DNA of 64,000 bases from Tubiluchus corallicola (lineage: Eukaryota; Animalia; Priapulida). Made by a program: the position numbers and the translations under genes. The stretch is taken from contig JAQGDQ010000667.1 of the NCBI GenBank assembly GCA_030141605.1, forward strand, positions 1 through 64,000. Direction: 5' to 3'. Shown here piece by piece: positions 39,632 to 52,932 of the stretch. Numbering within the stretch: the first letter of the stretch is position 1; each line of letters starts with the position of its first letter. The notes under the pieces are model-generated. The model was not told the DNA's origin, made no database searches, and was given only the letters and a program-made list of their open reading frames with translations.

Positions 39632-40928
39632 AGTTGTGGTGAATAAATTTATAAATCGATGATTTTCGATATTTTGGTGTAAGAGATGCCTGCCTCCCTG
39701 ATTGCATGAATAAATTTACAGATCGTGCAATAAGGAACTCACTCAGCTGAAAAGCCCGGATTTAATGAACTGTAAACTGCGTAGGATGTCAGAACTAAGA
39801 ATAGCGTTTACGTCAGGACACTCTAAGATGCTTAAGATAATTAGCTAACATTAAGTCGAGACGGATGTACCGTTCATAATGAGCGTTATGCACAGATTGC
39901 TAGTAATTAACAAAACTCTGCGAGGTCGTTGTTTTTTGAAGAAAGAACACGGATACGTTTTACGGGCGTATAATGACTGCGTCTTCAAAACTTGTCCCAT
40001 AAATTTTGATACCTCATGCGACGTTTTAAATGTTGCCTACGACGCAGAAATTGTGCAAGGTTACTGCAAGGTTACCTCAATGAAATATAAGCCCCGAGTT
40101 CAGATAAGAGGGTGCGAGTTCCAGCCAGTACATCTCGAAACGTACTGGAGCAAGTCACGTGCTGTGTGTACGGGAAATCACACGGAGGGTTATTCGATCA
40201 ACAAGACAACTCCTGAAGTTCAGCGTAGACATCTTTCTGCGTTCCTAGGATACTCTGGGCACTGAGCAACGGAAGTCTTATATCAGCTATCGGAATTGAC
40301 CAAATTGTACACTAGGTACATTGGGTCAAATCCGCAGAGTTAAGTAATCTTAACATATTGGTAAAACTGAGAATTAACTGTGCATATCGTTAGTAGTTCG
40401 TATAAGTTCACATTGTACTATAGTGAGAATAAGTGTAAAGTATACACCTTAGGTGATAGGAATTAGAAATTGAAGAATTGTTCAGAGAGGTACTTTTGTG
40501 AAGCTAACAAAATAATTGTGAGCGTCAAAAGCGCTTAAGGACTAAATCTTGTAAGATATACTTAAGCAGTAATTATTGTAAATCAATAAAACAATTCTCT
40601 TTGACATTTAACGATTGAGTTAATGTATGTTATCAGTGTTTAACTCAAGCAACACTATTTCCGATATACGAATCTGATTAGTTCGCTTTGAATTAACTGT
40701 CGCTCATATTGCGGGGGCGTAGCTAGGAAACTTGAGAGATATAGACCTTTTCTCACAACGCGAAGGTCAAGGTGAAGTTTAGATAAGACGATCATTGCTT
40801 ACTAGACTGATATCCAAAGCTCTCGGAGTCAGGTGAAGAATTCACCTTATAGCAATTAGAAACTAAGCGGACATATTAAATTCAATCTATACGATATATA
40901 GATTTAAGTCACCTTACACTATACGATA
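39632..40928 (+). repeat. 3' LTR (lacks the last ~47 bp seen in the 5' LTR)
   Basis: Near-identical to 34790-36013 with several indels; preceded by the PPT. Confidence 0.88.
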
Positions 40929-41410
40929 AAGTCAAAGGGAGTTAAAGCAAGTCAAAGAGTGTTAAAGCAAGTCAAAGAGAGTAAAAGCAAGTCAAAGGGA
41001 GTTAAAGCAAGTCAAAGAGAGAAAAGCAAGTCAAAGGGAGTTAAAGCAAGTCAAAGAGAGAAAAGCAAGTCAAAGAGAGTAAAGCAAGTCAAAGAGAGTA
41101 AAAGCAAGGCAAAAGAGAGTTAAAGCAAGTCAAAGAGAGTAAAAGCAAGTCAAAAGAGAGTTAAAGCAAGTCAAAAGAAAGTTAAAGCAAGTCAAAGGGA
41201 GTTAAAGCAAGTCAAAAGAAAGTTAAAGCAAGTCAAAGGGAGTAAAAGCAAGTCAAAAGAGAGTTAAAGCAAGTCAAAAGAAAGTTAAAGCAAGTCAAAG
41301 GGAGTTAAAGCAAGTCAAAAGAAAGTTAAAGCAAGTCAAAGGGAGTTAAAGTAAGTCAAAGGGAGTTAAAGTATGTCAGACGGAGTTAAAGCAAGTCAAA
41401 AGAGAATTAA
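40929..41410. repeat. ~20-bp satellite, right arm
   Basis: Same unit as 33165-34790. Confidence 0.95.
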
Positions 41411-41799
41411 AGAGTCTCTTACAAATCAAGTAAAGACATACAAAGGGTAATATATAAGAGAAAACTTTAGATAAATAAGGAGACATCCACATTATAATGA
41501 TATCAAGTTTAGAATACGTATATTATGTGATGATGCAAGACAAGGTTGGTCAGTGATTTAGTCTAGTCGTGATATCGTTATCTGACTGCACGCTTTTCTA
41601 ACTTGGCTGCAATGAGGAAGAGAAAAGTGCAGAATTGCTCGATTAGAATGAGTTCGGTGAATTGAAACTGCCTCCCTGCCGAACTGAGACTCAACCACTG
41701 CTACCAACAGAATCAGCTAATGATTTCTCGTTAATTAACAGAAGTGATGTTGTTGCCTGTCCTTGGAAGGACGAAAAATAGAAGAACGTACAAAAGACC

Positions 41800-42750
41800 A
41801 CATCGCGTGATACTAATACTAGTATAACAGGTAGACATGTGATGAGGCACTTGAGATAATGCCATTAAAAGCCACATGGTGTGATATTAATACCAGTATA
41901 ACAGGTAGACATGTGATGAGGCACTTGAGATAATACCATTAAAAGCCATATGGTGTGATATTAATACCGGTATAACAGGTAGACATGTGATGAGGTACTT
42001 GAGACAATGCCATTAAAAGCCGCATGGTGTGATATTAATACCAGTATAACAGGTAGACATGTGATGAGGCACTTGAGATAATGCCATTAAAAGCCACATG
42101 GTGTGATATTAATACTAGTATAACAGGTAGACATGTGATGAGGCACTTGAGACAATGCCATTAAAAGCCACATGGTGTGATATTAATATTAGTATAACAG
42201 ATAGACATGTGATGAGGCACTTGAGACAATGCCATTAAAAGCCACATAGTGTGATATTAATACCAGTATAACAGGTAGACATGTGATGAGGCACTTGAGA
42301 TAATACCATTAAAAGCCACATGGTGTGATATTAATACCGGTATAACAGGTAGACATGTGATGAGGCACTTGAGATAATACCATTAAAAGCCACATGGTGT
42401 GATATTAATACGTATAACAGGTAGACATGTGAAGGCACTTGAGATAATGCCATTAAAAGCCACACGGTGTGATATTAATATTAGTATAACAGGTAGACAT
42501 GTGATGAGGCACTTGAGATAATACCATTAAAAGCCACATGGTGTGATATTAATATTAGTATAACAGGTAGACATGTGATGAGGCACTTGAGATAATACCA
42601 TTAAAAGCCACATGGTGTGATATTAATATTAGTATAACTGGTAGACATGTGATGAGGCACTTGAGATAATGCCATTAAAAGCCACATGGTGTGATATTAA
42701 TACTAGTATAACCGGTAGACATGTGATGAGGCACTTGAGATAATACCATT
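41800..42750. repeat. 74-bp minisatellite, ~13 copies
   Basis: Unit ggtgtgatattaataccagtataacaggtagacatgtgatgaggcacttgagataatgccattaaaagccacat. Confidence 0.95.
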
Positions 42751-42828
42751 ACGCAAGATACGTAGTCCTCTAGATCGGTCAAAAATTTGATATCATTATT
42801 ACGTGGACGGTCAGTAAGGTTCGCTTAC

Positions 42829-43564
42829 GTGTTAACTCCAGATATATGTTTTTGGTAACAAGATCCTGGTGCAATTTCGGCTTGGCCATGTGTTGCATTC
42901 CAGTTATTTTAAAAATAATGAAACGAATCTTGTCACTTGCTCTCAAATCCAGATCAGCTTTGTACAAATTTGGACATTTGTGTATTTTTAGTGTTTCCAG
43001 AGATGATAATCGCGCGAAAGCGTGAAGCGAAATAGTTTTTAAGTGCGATGCATTTTCAACCAGCAGTTTTCTCATGTGATCAACATCAATGAAGACATCA
43101 TCACCTATTTCCTCAATGTCAAAGTAAAGCAGTCGGAAATCGTCTATGTATTTCCCCTTCACGAAGCCGTGTGGTAATTTTTTATCTCCATATGACATAA
43201 TCTCATATATGTCAAGATATTTAGGTAAAAAACTGTTGATTTCCATTACTTGTTCCCCAGTGTATTTGATAACTTCTCTTGACGGTAGCGTTTCTTTTAG
43301 GTAGCAAGTGACCGCGCACAAATCCCTGAGAAACCCACCATTTGGTAACAGCTTGTATTTTCTCTCGTAACTGGCACGACAATGGCGACTCTTAAGGTCT
43401 GCCACAAGCTTATCCCTTGCTTGTAAAGAATCTTTATTTACGGTACTTGATCTAATTGCAATGCGGCAAATCTCCAGTGATTCTTTCAGTGGAGGCAATG
43501 CATTGTTAAAACCCACAAGAACTCCAAAGCAAATTACAGTGCAGAAAGTCTCACCGGCCATCAT
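42829..43564 (-). CDS. LRR protein, first coding exon: signal peptide, Cys-containing N-terminal region, ~4-5 divergent LRRs
   Basis: aaaATG at 43564; MMAGETFCTVICFGVLVGFNNA is signal-like; LRR-type segments IEEIGDDVFIDVDHMRKLLV and LKTISLHAFARLSSLETLKI; donor c|gtaagc, phase 1; exon acceptor cttttattttag at 43657. Confidence 0.85.
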
Positions 43565-43580
43565 TTTGAAGTAAGCCGTT

Positions 43581-43582
<2 letters not shown>

Positions 43583-43615
<33 letters not shown>
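43583..43615 (-). repeat. (ATG)11 microsatellite in frame upstream of the LRR start
   Basis: (cat)n on the plus strand; produces the poly-Met of ORF 42779..43615. Confidence 0.9.
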
Positions 43616-44744
43616 ACGCCCGTCACGTCTATTGTAGACATTGGGTAGGCAGAATTCTAAAATAAAAGAAATCTGCCTTCAGACAGGTAAACGTAGCAGT
43701 AATCCAGCAGAAAAACTAGACACTGCTACGCCAGTGGCTTGTCAGCACCACTTCCCTTTTGAATGAGAGGAACGGTGCGTACAGCATATCTGGAACGCTT
43801 TAACAAAACAACGGAATGGTGTAAAGATGATTGTTAGACCTAGATGGAATGTGCAAATGCAGCAGAAAAATTCCTAAACAAAGTAATTCCTATTGTCACA
43901 AAACACTATCCTCACTTTTTATCGATTTTATGCATTCGCAGTTTTTAATGCGCGTTTTGACTAGCAAATTTTATCATCAAGCAACTCACAAAATTAAACT
44001 ATCGTCGTAGATAGAAGTCTAGTTAGGTGTGGCATCACGTGACCAGCTGATGTTCGACCGGCTGACTCAGAAATAAAATCCTTATGCGCAGAAGCTCGCG
44101 GCACATTAGGTAGTTAGATAAAAATGTTTTGAGGCCCGCACCTCGGGGAGATTAGGAACTGACTTGAAGACGGAGGGCTGGCATTACTATCCCCTTATAT
44201 TACTAAATTACGCAAAGATATCCAAACAAACTTTTTTGTTTTCATATTGAGCTGAACAGGTGAAAGTGCATAGTACAGTTCTATTCATAGGCACCAGGTC
44301 AATCAATATTATGACCTCAACTTTAAACTAAGAAGCCCATAACATTACCTGCGATTGGTTGAGCAGTGGTTTCCCGTGGAAAGAATGAACACGTGACATC
44401 GTCATTTGTCTTCTGGTTGTCGTGGTAGGCAGCCAAAATTTGCAATAGATAAGAAACCTTTCCAGATTGTGAATCACAACGGACAGTCCACCCATTAAGT
44501 GACCAATTAGTGATGAATGCCACTCTTAACACGAACCACTCAGCTAATCATTTCTGTTTAACAACGCGATGTAGTGTTGTAATTTAATAGAGTTGGCACT
44601 AGTACATTTTCTATCATTTCACCTGCTCAGACTTTTAATTTATAACTTAATGAATTAGTTAATGTATAACCTCTCATTAATATACAGTTTTTTCATAACT
44701 TACAGTTTGTCTGTCTCTTGCAGAAATAAAATCAGGATAGTAGA

Positions 44745-44950
44745 GACAGTCGTCACGCACACAGGTGGTGGCAAGACGTCTGCGAAGAAGAAGAGGAAGA
44801 AACAGTCATGCACACAAGTGGTAGCAAGGCATCTGCGAAGAAGAAGAGGAAGAAACAGTCATGCACACAAGTGGTAGCAAGGCATCTGCGAAGAAGAAGA
44901 GGAAGAAACAGTCATGCACACAGGTGGTAGCAAGACGTCTGCGAAGAGGA
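44745..44950. repeat. Short tandem repeat (~55-60 bp, 3-4 copies)
   Basis: cagtcatgcacacaagtggtagcaaggcatctgcgaagaagaagaggaagaaa repeated. Confidence 0.85.
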
Positions 44951-45268
44951 GGAGCAACCGGACTTCTTGCAAAGTGAAAAAATGTAAAAGAGGAAATCAA
45001 TTTAATTTATTAAGTCATCTATTAAATGAAGACAGTTTCTATTTAGTTACCTTAATTACGTAATTAGGCAGAAAAAGGTAAATGTCGTTTCAATCATTAC
45101 TTTTATTTTCCAAAAAATATGTTTAGCAACAATTTTATTCATAATAATATTATACATAAGTTTGAACAAATGTGAAAGTTTCGAAACTGTATTATTGAAT
45201 TCACTCAACCCAAAACTCGTTTCTGATTGGCTGGCTCGCTTTGGAGGCCTGGATATAGGCGTAATGGC

Positions 45269-45288
45269 AGAGAGAGAAAGAGAGAGAG

Positions 45289-45376
<88 letters not shown>
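45269..45376. repeat. (GA)n microsatellite
   Basis: Direct run. Confidence 0.97.
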
Positions 45377-45380
<4 letters not shown>

Positions 45381-48300
45381 ATGGCCGTGTTGAAAAATGG
45401 TCAGATGCAACTATGACACGGTTTCTTTCGTACGATGAATGAACTAGAAATGGACCCTTTGTTAATTGTTGCGTTCTTTATTGTGTTGGCTAACGATGCT
45501 GCCTCATTCGTTGATTAAACCTCGTCAGTTACGAAATAGCTGCCATATATTCTTTAAATTAGGCGTCCGTTGCATATAATAATATTATCTTTACGCTGGA
45601 TGAAGATACCGAAATCATTGTCGTGCCGTTTCGTGGTCTAAAACGTTCCTGTTCTACGTGGGAATCCAGAGGTGGGGATCTTCTCATCACCCGATCTCAA
45701 GAGAAGCGTTCTGACCACGTTCTGTGTCCTGCCAGTTCTGAAAAAGACTACCTGCTGACAAAAACGTAGACTGCGTGAGACGCTAGCTTAGCCAACTTTC
45801 ACTGGAGACCGAATTCTGCTGCATCACTAGAATGTGCGTGAGGAAGGACCGGTTCTACCCAAGTGCTAGAGAACTCGCCTTGGTAAACTACTATTATGTT
45901 ATTGTTGATTGCTAAAAGCAAAATAAAAATAAAATTGGTAGTACCTGAAAATGTCTTTAGTAAGTTACTTATAAGCGAAAATAACTGTAATAAGTTACTT
46001 AAAACACTTATAGTTACTTAAAACACTTAAAGTTACTTTAAACACTTATAGTTACTTAAAACACTTATATTCAATATTATGAAACGTCCTATGGTAACGT
46101 TTATAATTCTCCAAACCAAAAAGGTGCATAAGTTCTCTAAGCTGAGAAAGAGAGAGACGCATAAGCATTAAAAAGAAATACAGCACTTTTTTAACATGCA
46201 AGTATAACGTTAATGTTATTTTTAGCAAATTGCTATTTAATATTAATGTTACAAAGTTAACTAGCATTCCTCTAACATACTTAACCATTTAATCATTCAT
46301 TAATTTAGTCGATGAATTGGGTGGTAGGTCAGTCTGTCGGATCATCAATCCATCAAACAACTAAATGATCAGTCCGTCAGCAAATCCGTCTGTCAGTTAA
46401 TCAACCAATCAGTATATCAAACAATCAGTAAATAACTGAGTTAGTGATTCATTAATACATTTTTTCGTTCACCTATTCATTTATTTAGCCATTCATTTAT
46501 TTGATTGTTAGTTAAAAACTTTGTTCACTTTAGTAGAAAGCAAAAAATTAATCACACAAAAAGAAATTTCAAGAGCAATTCAAGATCTTGTATGAAGGAT
46601 AGATATTCGTCCTAGCGGATTTTGTGACTTGAGATTTCGCCAGATACTGTTACAACAATCGCCATCTTTATCATCGCCATTGTCATAATCACCATCATCA
46701 TTGTCATTGTCACCATCTCTTTTGTGGTACAATCGTCATCATCATTAGCAGCAGTAATCCACGTGACAATAAGGGCATCCTTACAAAATATTCATTCTAA
46801 GGAACTTGATTTTTCCCTTTTTGAAGAAAACAGATTGTTCGACATCAGTTGCAACTTTGTAACACATTACCTAATTTGAGGGTACTTCCTGAAAACCCCA
46901 CACTCTAGTCACAAATTGGCAGTCATTTTTTGATTGTCATGCCCGTCTTTACAACATACAGTAGCAAAAAAAATCATAAGAAGGTTTCATAACCTGATAA
47001 GAAGGTTATGAAAAATATGCCTTTTTGAGACACCTATTTTGGGGTGTACCACCTAAAATTCGATCCCCGTCACAAATGTAGAATGCCAGAATTGTATTTG
47101 CGAAGTGCAGTGATAAGAAAATTATTGATGAACAGGTTATTTCGCCAAGAGCTCTTGGACTATAACGGGATGCAATAGCTAGAAGTAACACTGCAGAATA
47201 AGTTTTTTGAATAAAGTATTGCTCAGTCACTTGTGGATTCGTACAGCTTTGAAATCGCCCCCGACGTCCCTGACTATTCTTCGACTTGTCAATAATTGCA
47301 ACCACCCTCGCTTCAGTAAGAACATGAACAAATTCTTCGTCAAATATAGCTACACCAATGAAGCAAAAATATAGACATATGATATGTTCTGGAAGTTTAT
47401 CCTGACAGGCATCCGTATCAGTTTAAAACATACAAACAAAATCAGAATCCTTATTTATTTGAGGAATTTAAATTATAAGCCACAAAACCGTTTGGATACT
47501 GAATTTTTATTGACTTCTCAGAAAACGTTAATTTAAGGTTTTTTAAGGTTGGCAACTTGGCATTGTGATGTCTTAGATTAACATTGTTAATCTACACCTA
47601 CACATCTTTGTTAAGGCTTACATGAATTTTCTAATTGTTCTTATTATTATGATTCTATTATCTAATCTCTTTCTCAGTGTATGTATGAACATGCTCAGTA
47701 TGCATATAAAATGTATGTGTGCAGGCATGTTTGCATTTTATTGGATTATTGTAATGATGTAATGATTACTTGCCACAAGACACTGTTAACGTTAATAACA
47801 ACTAATTAGAGGAGGCTGCATAACTGGGTCATTGCATAGTCTTTCGTCACCTCTGCTTGTCTTTTTCTGTATAATATGCACTAAAATCTTAACTGCATTA
47901 AGTTTTTGGAGGTAAATACATTTAATATTACTATTATTAGTTATCAAACTTAGTTATGGCCACCATCCTTTTTTACAACGATTAGAGAAGCATGTCTTCT
48001 TCTTCCACCTTGCCACGTTAATTTTGAATTTTCACTTCTATTGTTGTAATGGTTGTGTTTCTTTCGCAAACACGGCATTTAAATACGTGGTTCGTTGCTG
48101 AAATAAATTAATTCTATCAGGGTCTCAGTCGAGGCAAGTAGTAAACAAACCTGAAATGAATTTGTTTTTAATGACGTCACGCTAACAGCTCTATCGCTAA
48201 TAATAATAAGGTTTACCACAATACTTGCCACGAAGCAGCTTGGTTTTTGTTGCAAATTTTCAATATTTATCAGTTTTGGTATTTTTTGTTTAAAACCGCT

Positions 48301-48899
48301 ATACAAAATTAATATAATTGAGTGAGTAGAATGAACATTTTTAATTAACAAAGAATTAAATAAATATATTTACGTGGAATTTACCTAGGAAGACCTCTTT
48401 TGTCAATTCCATCGTTTCTGTCCATTGATGTCTTCCAGTTCAAGCTTCTTGAGTGGTCTTTTGGGCGCAAAAGTTCAGTAAAAAGGTCTATAGGTCCACA
48501 TTAAATTTGGCAGTATTGCGGACCGTTATATAACTATTTTAGATTCGCGTATTTCTTCATAGTAGTAGTTGGCAGGTATGGCGCCATTTATTTTGTACAA
48601 TAAAAATTTAGGGGAGCAGAACCCAAATGTAAATTATAGCTTAAAATTATTTAATGTATAAAGTATTGACAGGGAATATAATTGCATTTCAAAGTCGGGT
48701 TACATGAAAGAATTATTAGTAGACCTTTAAGCGTGATGCCTGTTACCCTTGTCTTCGGGCTACTATTAAGGTCATTTTCTGCCCTTAGATAATATCACTT
48801 AAAGGTGAAAATTTTATTTTACAAAGATTTGGTGCCTTTTTATTGGTGTTACATATGTTTGTACCTGAGATAACGAAGAGATTTGTTATTTTTCCCTTG

Positions 48900-49150
48900 A
48901 AACAGTTCAAGTTCTTAGCATCTATGGCATCCTGTGGTAGTTCATTTCAAATGTTTGCCACTCTCTTGAAGAAGGAGTTTAATTTCAGGTTTCGTTTGCC
49001 TTGCTTCTTAAATAGTTTTTGTATACATCCTCCGGGTCTTGTGTATGCAGCTTTCGTGAAGAAATTTTCCGCAGCAATGTTATCTATGCAGTTCATAATG
49101 CGATACACTTGTGTTAGGTGTCGCCTGATTCTCATTTAATGTTGGCCAAT
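48900..49150 (-). mobile_element. CR1-like LINE 3' fragment
   Basis: MRIRRHLTQVYRIMNCIDNIAAENFF...TRPGG...KLFKK...NSFFKRVANI*NELP matches a degenerate CR1 ORF2 C-terminus. Confidence 0.75.
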
Positions 49151-49197
49151 CTAAACATTTCCGTCTTGCTGCGTTGGATAGGTCTTTTGTCAATAGT

Positions 49198-50004
49198 GTA
49201 GGGAGCCGAGTAAACCACCAAGTAGGACACTTCTGTTAAAACGCATGTGCTTAATTTGCAGAAAAGCAGTGTCGTACATGGGCAGCCCAAGTAGGACACT
49301 GGCGACGTCTGTTGAGAATTTTGACATAATGAAACATAAAACTAAATTTGTTTTAGAAAAAAGTAACTTTACAATAATCATGGATAGTCCCTGACAATTT
49401 ACAAATGTATCTTTTGCAACAATATCATCATTATTATTAGCTCCATTAATATCATCATAACATTCAACTAAGTATCTAATGCTTTAAAGAGAGAAACTAT
49501 ATAGGGTACATTGCTCACTAGCCCATTTACTTAGTAGGTAACAATTATTTGTCCAAGAGATAGTGAAACTGGTCACCTGTCTGTGAAGCGAGACAAAATA
49601 AAAATGATATAGCTTAAGCAAATGTTGGAATCGCCTAAGGAGTGGGCTTATTTCACTTCAAAAAGATTAATATCGAAGCGAAATTTAATATTGGAAATTT
49701 TACTAACTCAAAATGAGATTCTTTTATTTTACCAGATGTATAATAAATTATTCAGTGTTTTTGACGTTTCAAATTATTATTATTAAATAAACAAAGACAT
49801 ACGGGTGCTGCCAGTACGGTTAACGACTAAATTTGTGACCTGTCTCTGGTGTCCTACTTGGGCAGCCCATGTACGACGCGTCCTACTTGGGCAGCCCATG
49901 TACGACGCGTCCTACTTGGGCAGCCCATGTACGACGCGTCCTACTTGGGCTAGCCCATGTACGCCAATTGTCCTACTTCGGCTAGTGGGTTACTCGGCGC
50001 CTAA
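49198..50004. mobile_element. Candidate non-autonomous TIR element with 30-bp subterminal repeats
   Basis: Left tagggagccgagtaaaccac...aagtaggac is inverted relative to right gtcctactt...gtgggttactcggcgccta; (gtcctacttgggcagcccatgtacgacgc)x4 near the right end and an inverted copy at ~49270. Confidence 0.6.
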
Positions 50005-52505
50005 CAAATAGTTTTGATGCTTTGCGTTGTACTGCCTCAATTCTTCTTGCATCTCCGTATGTAATCACGTTAGTTTAATTTCACGTTCACACCCTTTTGC
50101 CTTTTGTCATTCACTAGTTAAATGGGCAGAGCACCTGTACTGTGAAATTGCGTTGCACAAAAAACAGGTGCTGTTCCTCTCAGATTGTTTCTGTCATAGC
50201 ACACATTTTGCATGATGAAGTCATGTGATGACATACCATTAATCTTAAAATTTAAATTTTGCATTGAAATGTAAGAGTTCTATCAAAAATCATGTATTTA
50301 GGTGTGTTGGTTGTTGATGAAGCTGTTATAGATAGTAATGAGATCAAACAAGCTACCGCTTTAATGTAAAAATTTATGAATTTTTGAGAAATAGTATAGA
50401 AGCAACTTTATGTGTGAAAAAGTATGTTTCCGAAACATGTTTACAGTTTATCTGTGAAACATGGCGAAATGCACACGAGGAACGCAGCTTCTGGCAAAAG
50501 AAATTTGGAACCCTTATAGAATTATACTTGGTGTAAGCAACTCAGCTTGCAATGATATAATTAATATTGAAATTGATATTGTGTAGGTAAAAGTAAGGCA
50601 GACGGCATTTTGGAAAAAGATAAAAGATTTCAATTACATGACCTAACGACAAAATTGAAATTGTAACAATGCTTTAAAAGAAAATCTGGATTATCTTCAT
50701 TAGTATAAAAACATACTAGTTAATAAATTATGGTTGTTCAAAACAATATTAATGCAAAACCGGGTCCAATCTTAAGTTGTAGGACAAAACAATCTGTTCT
50801 TTAAAATATTGAAAGGAAACACTAATTTTTTTACAAAAATGACTTACGTGAAAGAATTACTACCAAACATGGTTTTGTATTCGTGTCACTAGTTCTTCAT
50901 TGTTACATGCATTTCGCCATTCGCTAGTTAGACGAGCATTTTGGAAACACTTTGCACAAGAAAAAACAGGTGCTGTACCTCTCACTTCAGAAGTGTTTAT
51001 TTGTGATGAACTGTACACGTTTAACAGGTCATGCATGAGCACAGCAGTAAATTTGAAATTTGAGTTTTTATCTTAAAACTTGCCTAGTTTTAGTACAACG
51101 CACTGAATACCTTACAATAGCAATGTACTTCAAATTTCTCTTTCGCAAAAACGTGCAACACGCTCATGGAATATTTTTGCTGTAGAAAATTCGTCTGTGC
51201 TATCATCAATAGTTGAGCTCGCCCGCCATTAAGCTAAGTTTTTAATTCATTATTTAATTATCAGAAACGCTTTTGCAGTATTAATTGTGTTAAAATGTAT
51301 ACTTTTTATCATACTTGAAAATGGGATTATATCTGAAAAATCATCCCTTTTACCTTTAAGATAACTCTTCCTGATCTACAATGCTTTTAACACGATCCTG
51401 AGATAATGTGCAATGTAAAATAATCTATCATGTAACAGCACCTGATATAGACGGTTTGTAGCTTTCCATTTTTGGCTGTTAAATTAAAATATTTATTTAT
51501 CCTCTGCAAGTTTAGCAGTATGCCAAAACTTTTTTAGATATTTTCAAGTTCAGTAAAATGACTGAACTTGTATAAAAATATATAAAAATATTTTGTATTT
51601 GTAATGTACAATGTAATGCAGAAAAAGGGTGGCGAATGACCACACAATCAACTTAGTCTTCCGTCCGCATATTAGAAATTCTGTAGTTTTCGTACTTTAG
51701 AGTCAAATACAAAATTGAAATTATTGACATCAGTTTAATTAACATCATAACGAGATTTTGTCACCGATGAATAAATATATATATTAATTCTTTATTTGTC
51801 ATTAAAATGGTTCACTCATTATAATGAAATTGAGTAAGCCTCAGCGTAATGTTAAAATAACAACACTGGTCAAGACAAATGCGTCCAGTGCTGACTAAAA
51901 AACTAAAGTGCAAAACTAAGGTCTAATTATATACAATAAATGAACATATTTATAAACACCATATTAAAATATTTTTACAAAACAATTTTACAAAAGTACA
52001 TTGAGTTTTACATGACATATTTTACACTGTGTATACGTTTGACATGACACAATTAACAGAAACATGCTTTACATTACATAAATTTCACTCATTACATTTA
52101 CACTATTTATACATTTGAAATTACAAAACTACCATAACACGTATTACATTACATAATTTTTTAAAAATTTTACATTTTTAGTCATTTTATGAAGTCAGGG
52201 GCGGGGGTAGATGAAAGTTGAGTCTGTGTAATTAGTATCAGATGCACAATGTGGAAATTGAAACCTGTTATATTGATATTCTTTTAATTTCTTTTTAAAG
52301 TGGTGGAGAGGCATGTACAGTCAAAATTTTTTCAAAAATTGTTGCATCTACAGCTTTGCTTATCATCTCACTGAGTAACGGCACCCAAAATGGTCTCCAA
52401 ATACGTAGGTGGGCCCAATTAGTTATCCAGTAGACGCCGCTTAATAGACTCACTTTGGGATAGAAGTGTTTTGACCCAATTAACCAACTGAATCTATTAG
52501 CCAAC

Positions 52506-52932
52506 CAGGGGCGGAACTAGGGGGGAGCAAGGGGGGGGTCAAAATTTTAAAATGTCTTGTCAAAATTTGCGCCGCCCCCCCTGCAAAATCGGACAAATAA
52601 TTTTTTTGCAGTGAAAATTGCAGTTCGCATGTAATCATTTTCAATATGAATTAGAATTAGGTCAAAAAATGTTTGGTAGCTTCAGTGTATTATTTTCTTA
52701 AAACTTGTGTGTGATAAATTTCTGTAAATAACAATTTAGTTAGAGGCACATTAATAACGTTAGGTTAACTGAGAGTTAATTTTCTCATTATTGCACTGTC
52801 CGCTACGCCGTCCTACACACATGCTAATTATAGGCCTGCATGCGGTATAAAAGGGGTTAAAATTGGCTTAACCATTATTTAACCACTTTGGATATCTCCC
52901 CCCCCTGCTTGCCACATCTAGTTCCGGCCCTG
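52506..52932. mobile_element. hAT-like MITE
   Basis: TIR caggggcggaactag / ctagttccggccctg (14 of 15) and perfect 8-bp TSD tagccaac (52498-52505, 52933-52940). Confidence 0.9.

Larger units (their letters stand above)
34790..40928 (+). mobile_element. Decayed/non-autonomous Gypsy-type (errantivirus-like) LTR retroelement
   Basis: Two ~1.3-kb direct repeats (34790-36061; 39632-40928), PBS at 36061, PPT aggggaggaa at 39622-39631, internal region without long ORFs, env-like remnant at 38583-39118. Confidence 0.9.

Noticed and set aside
34790-40928. DIRS/Ngaro tyrosine-recombinase element (considered because the TSD is unclear)
   Set aside because: Simple direct LTRs with PBS and PPT; no split or inverted repeat arrangement.
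46800-47420. Coding-like minus-strand segment (ORF 47006..47305), possibly a transposon relic
   Set aside because: No motif I can name with confidence; needs a translated search.
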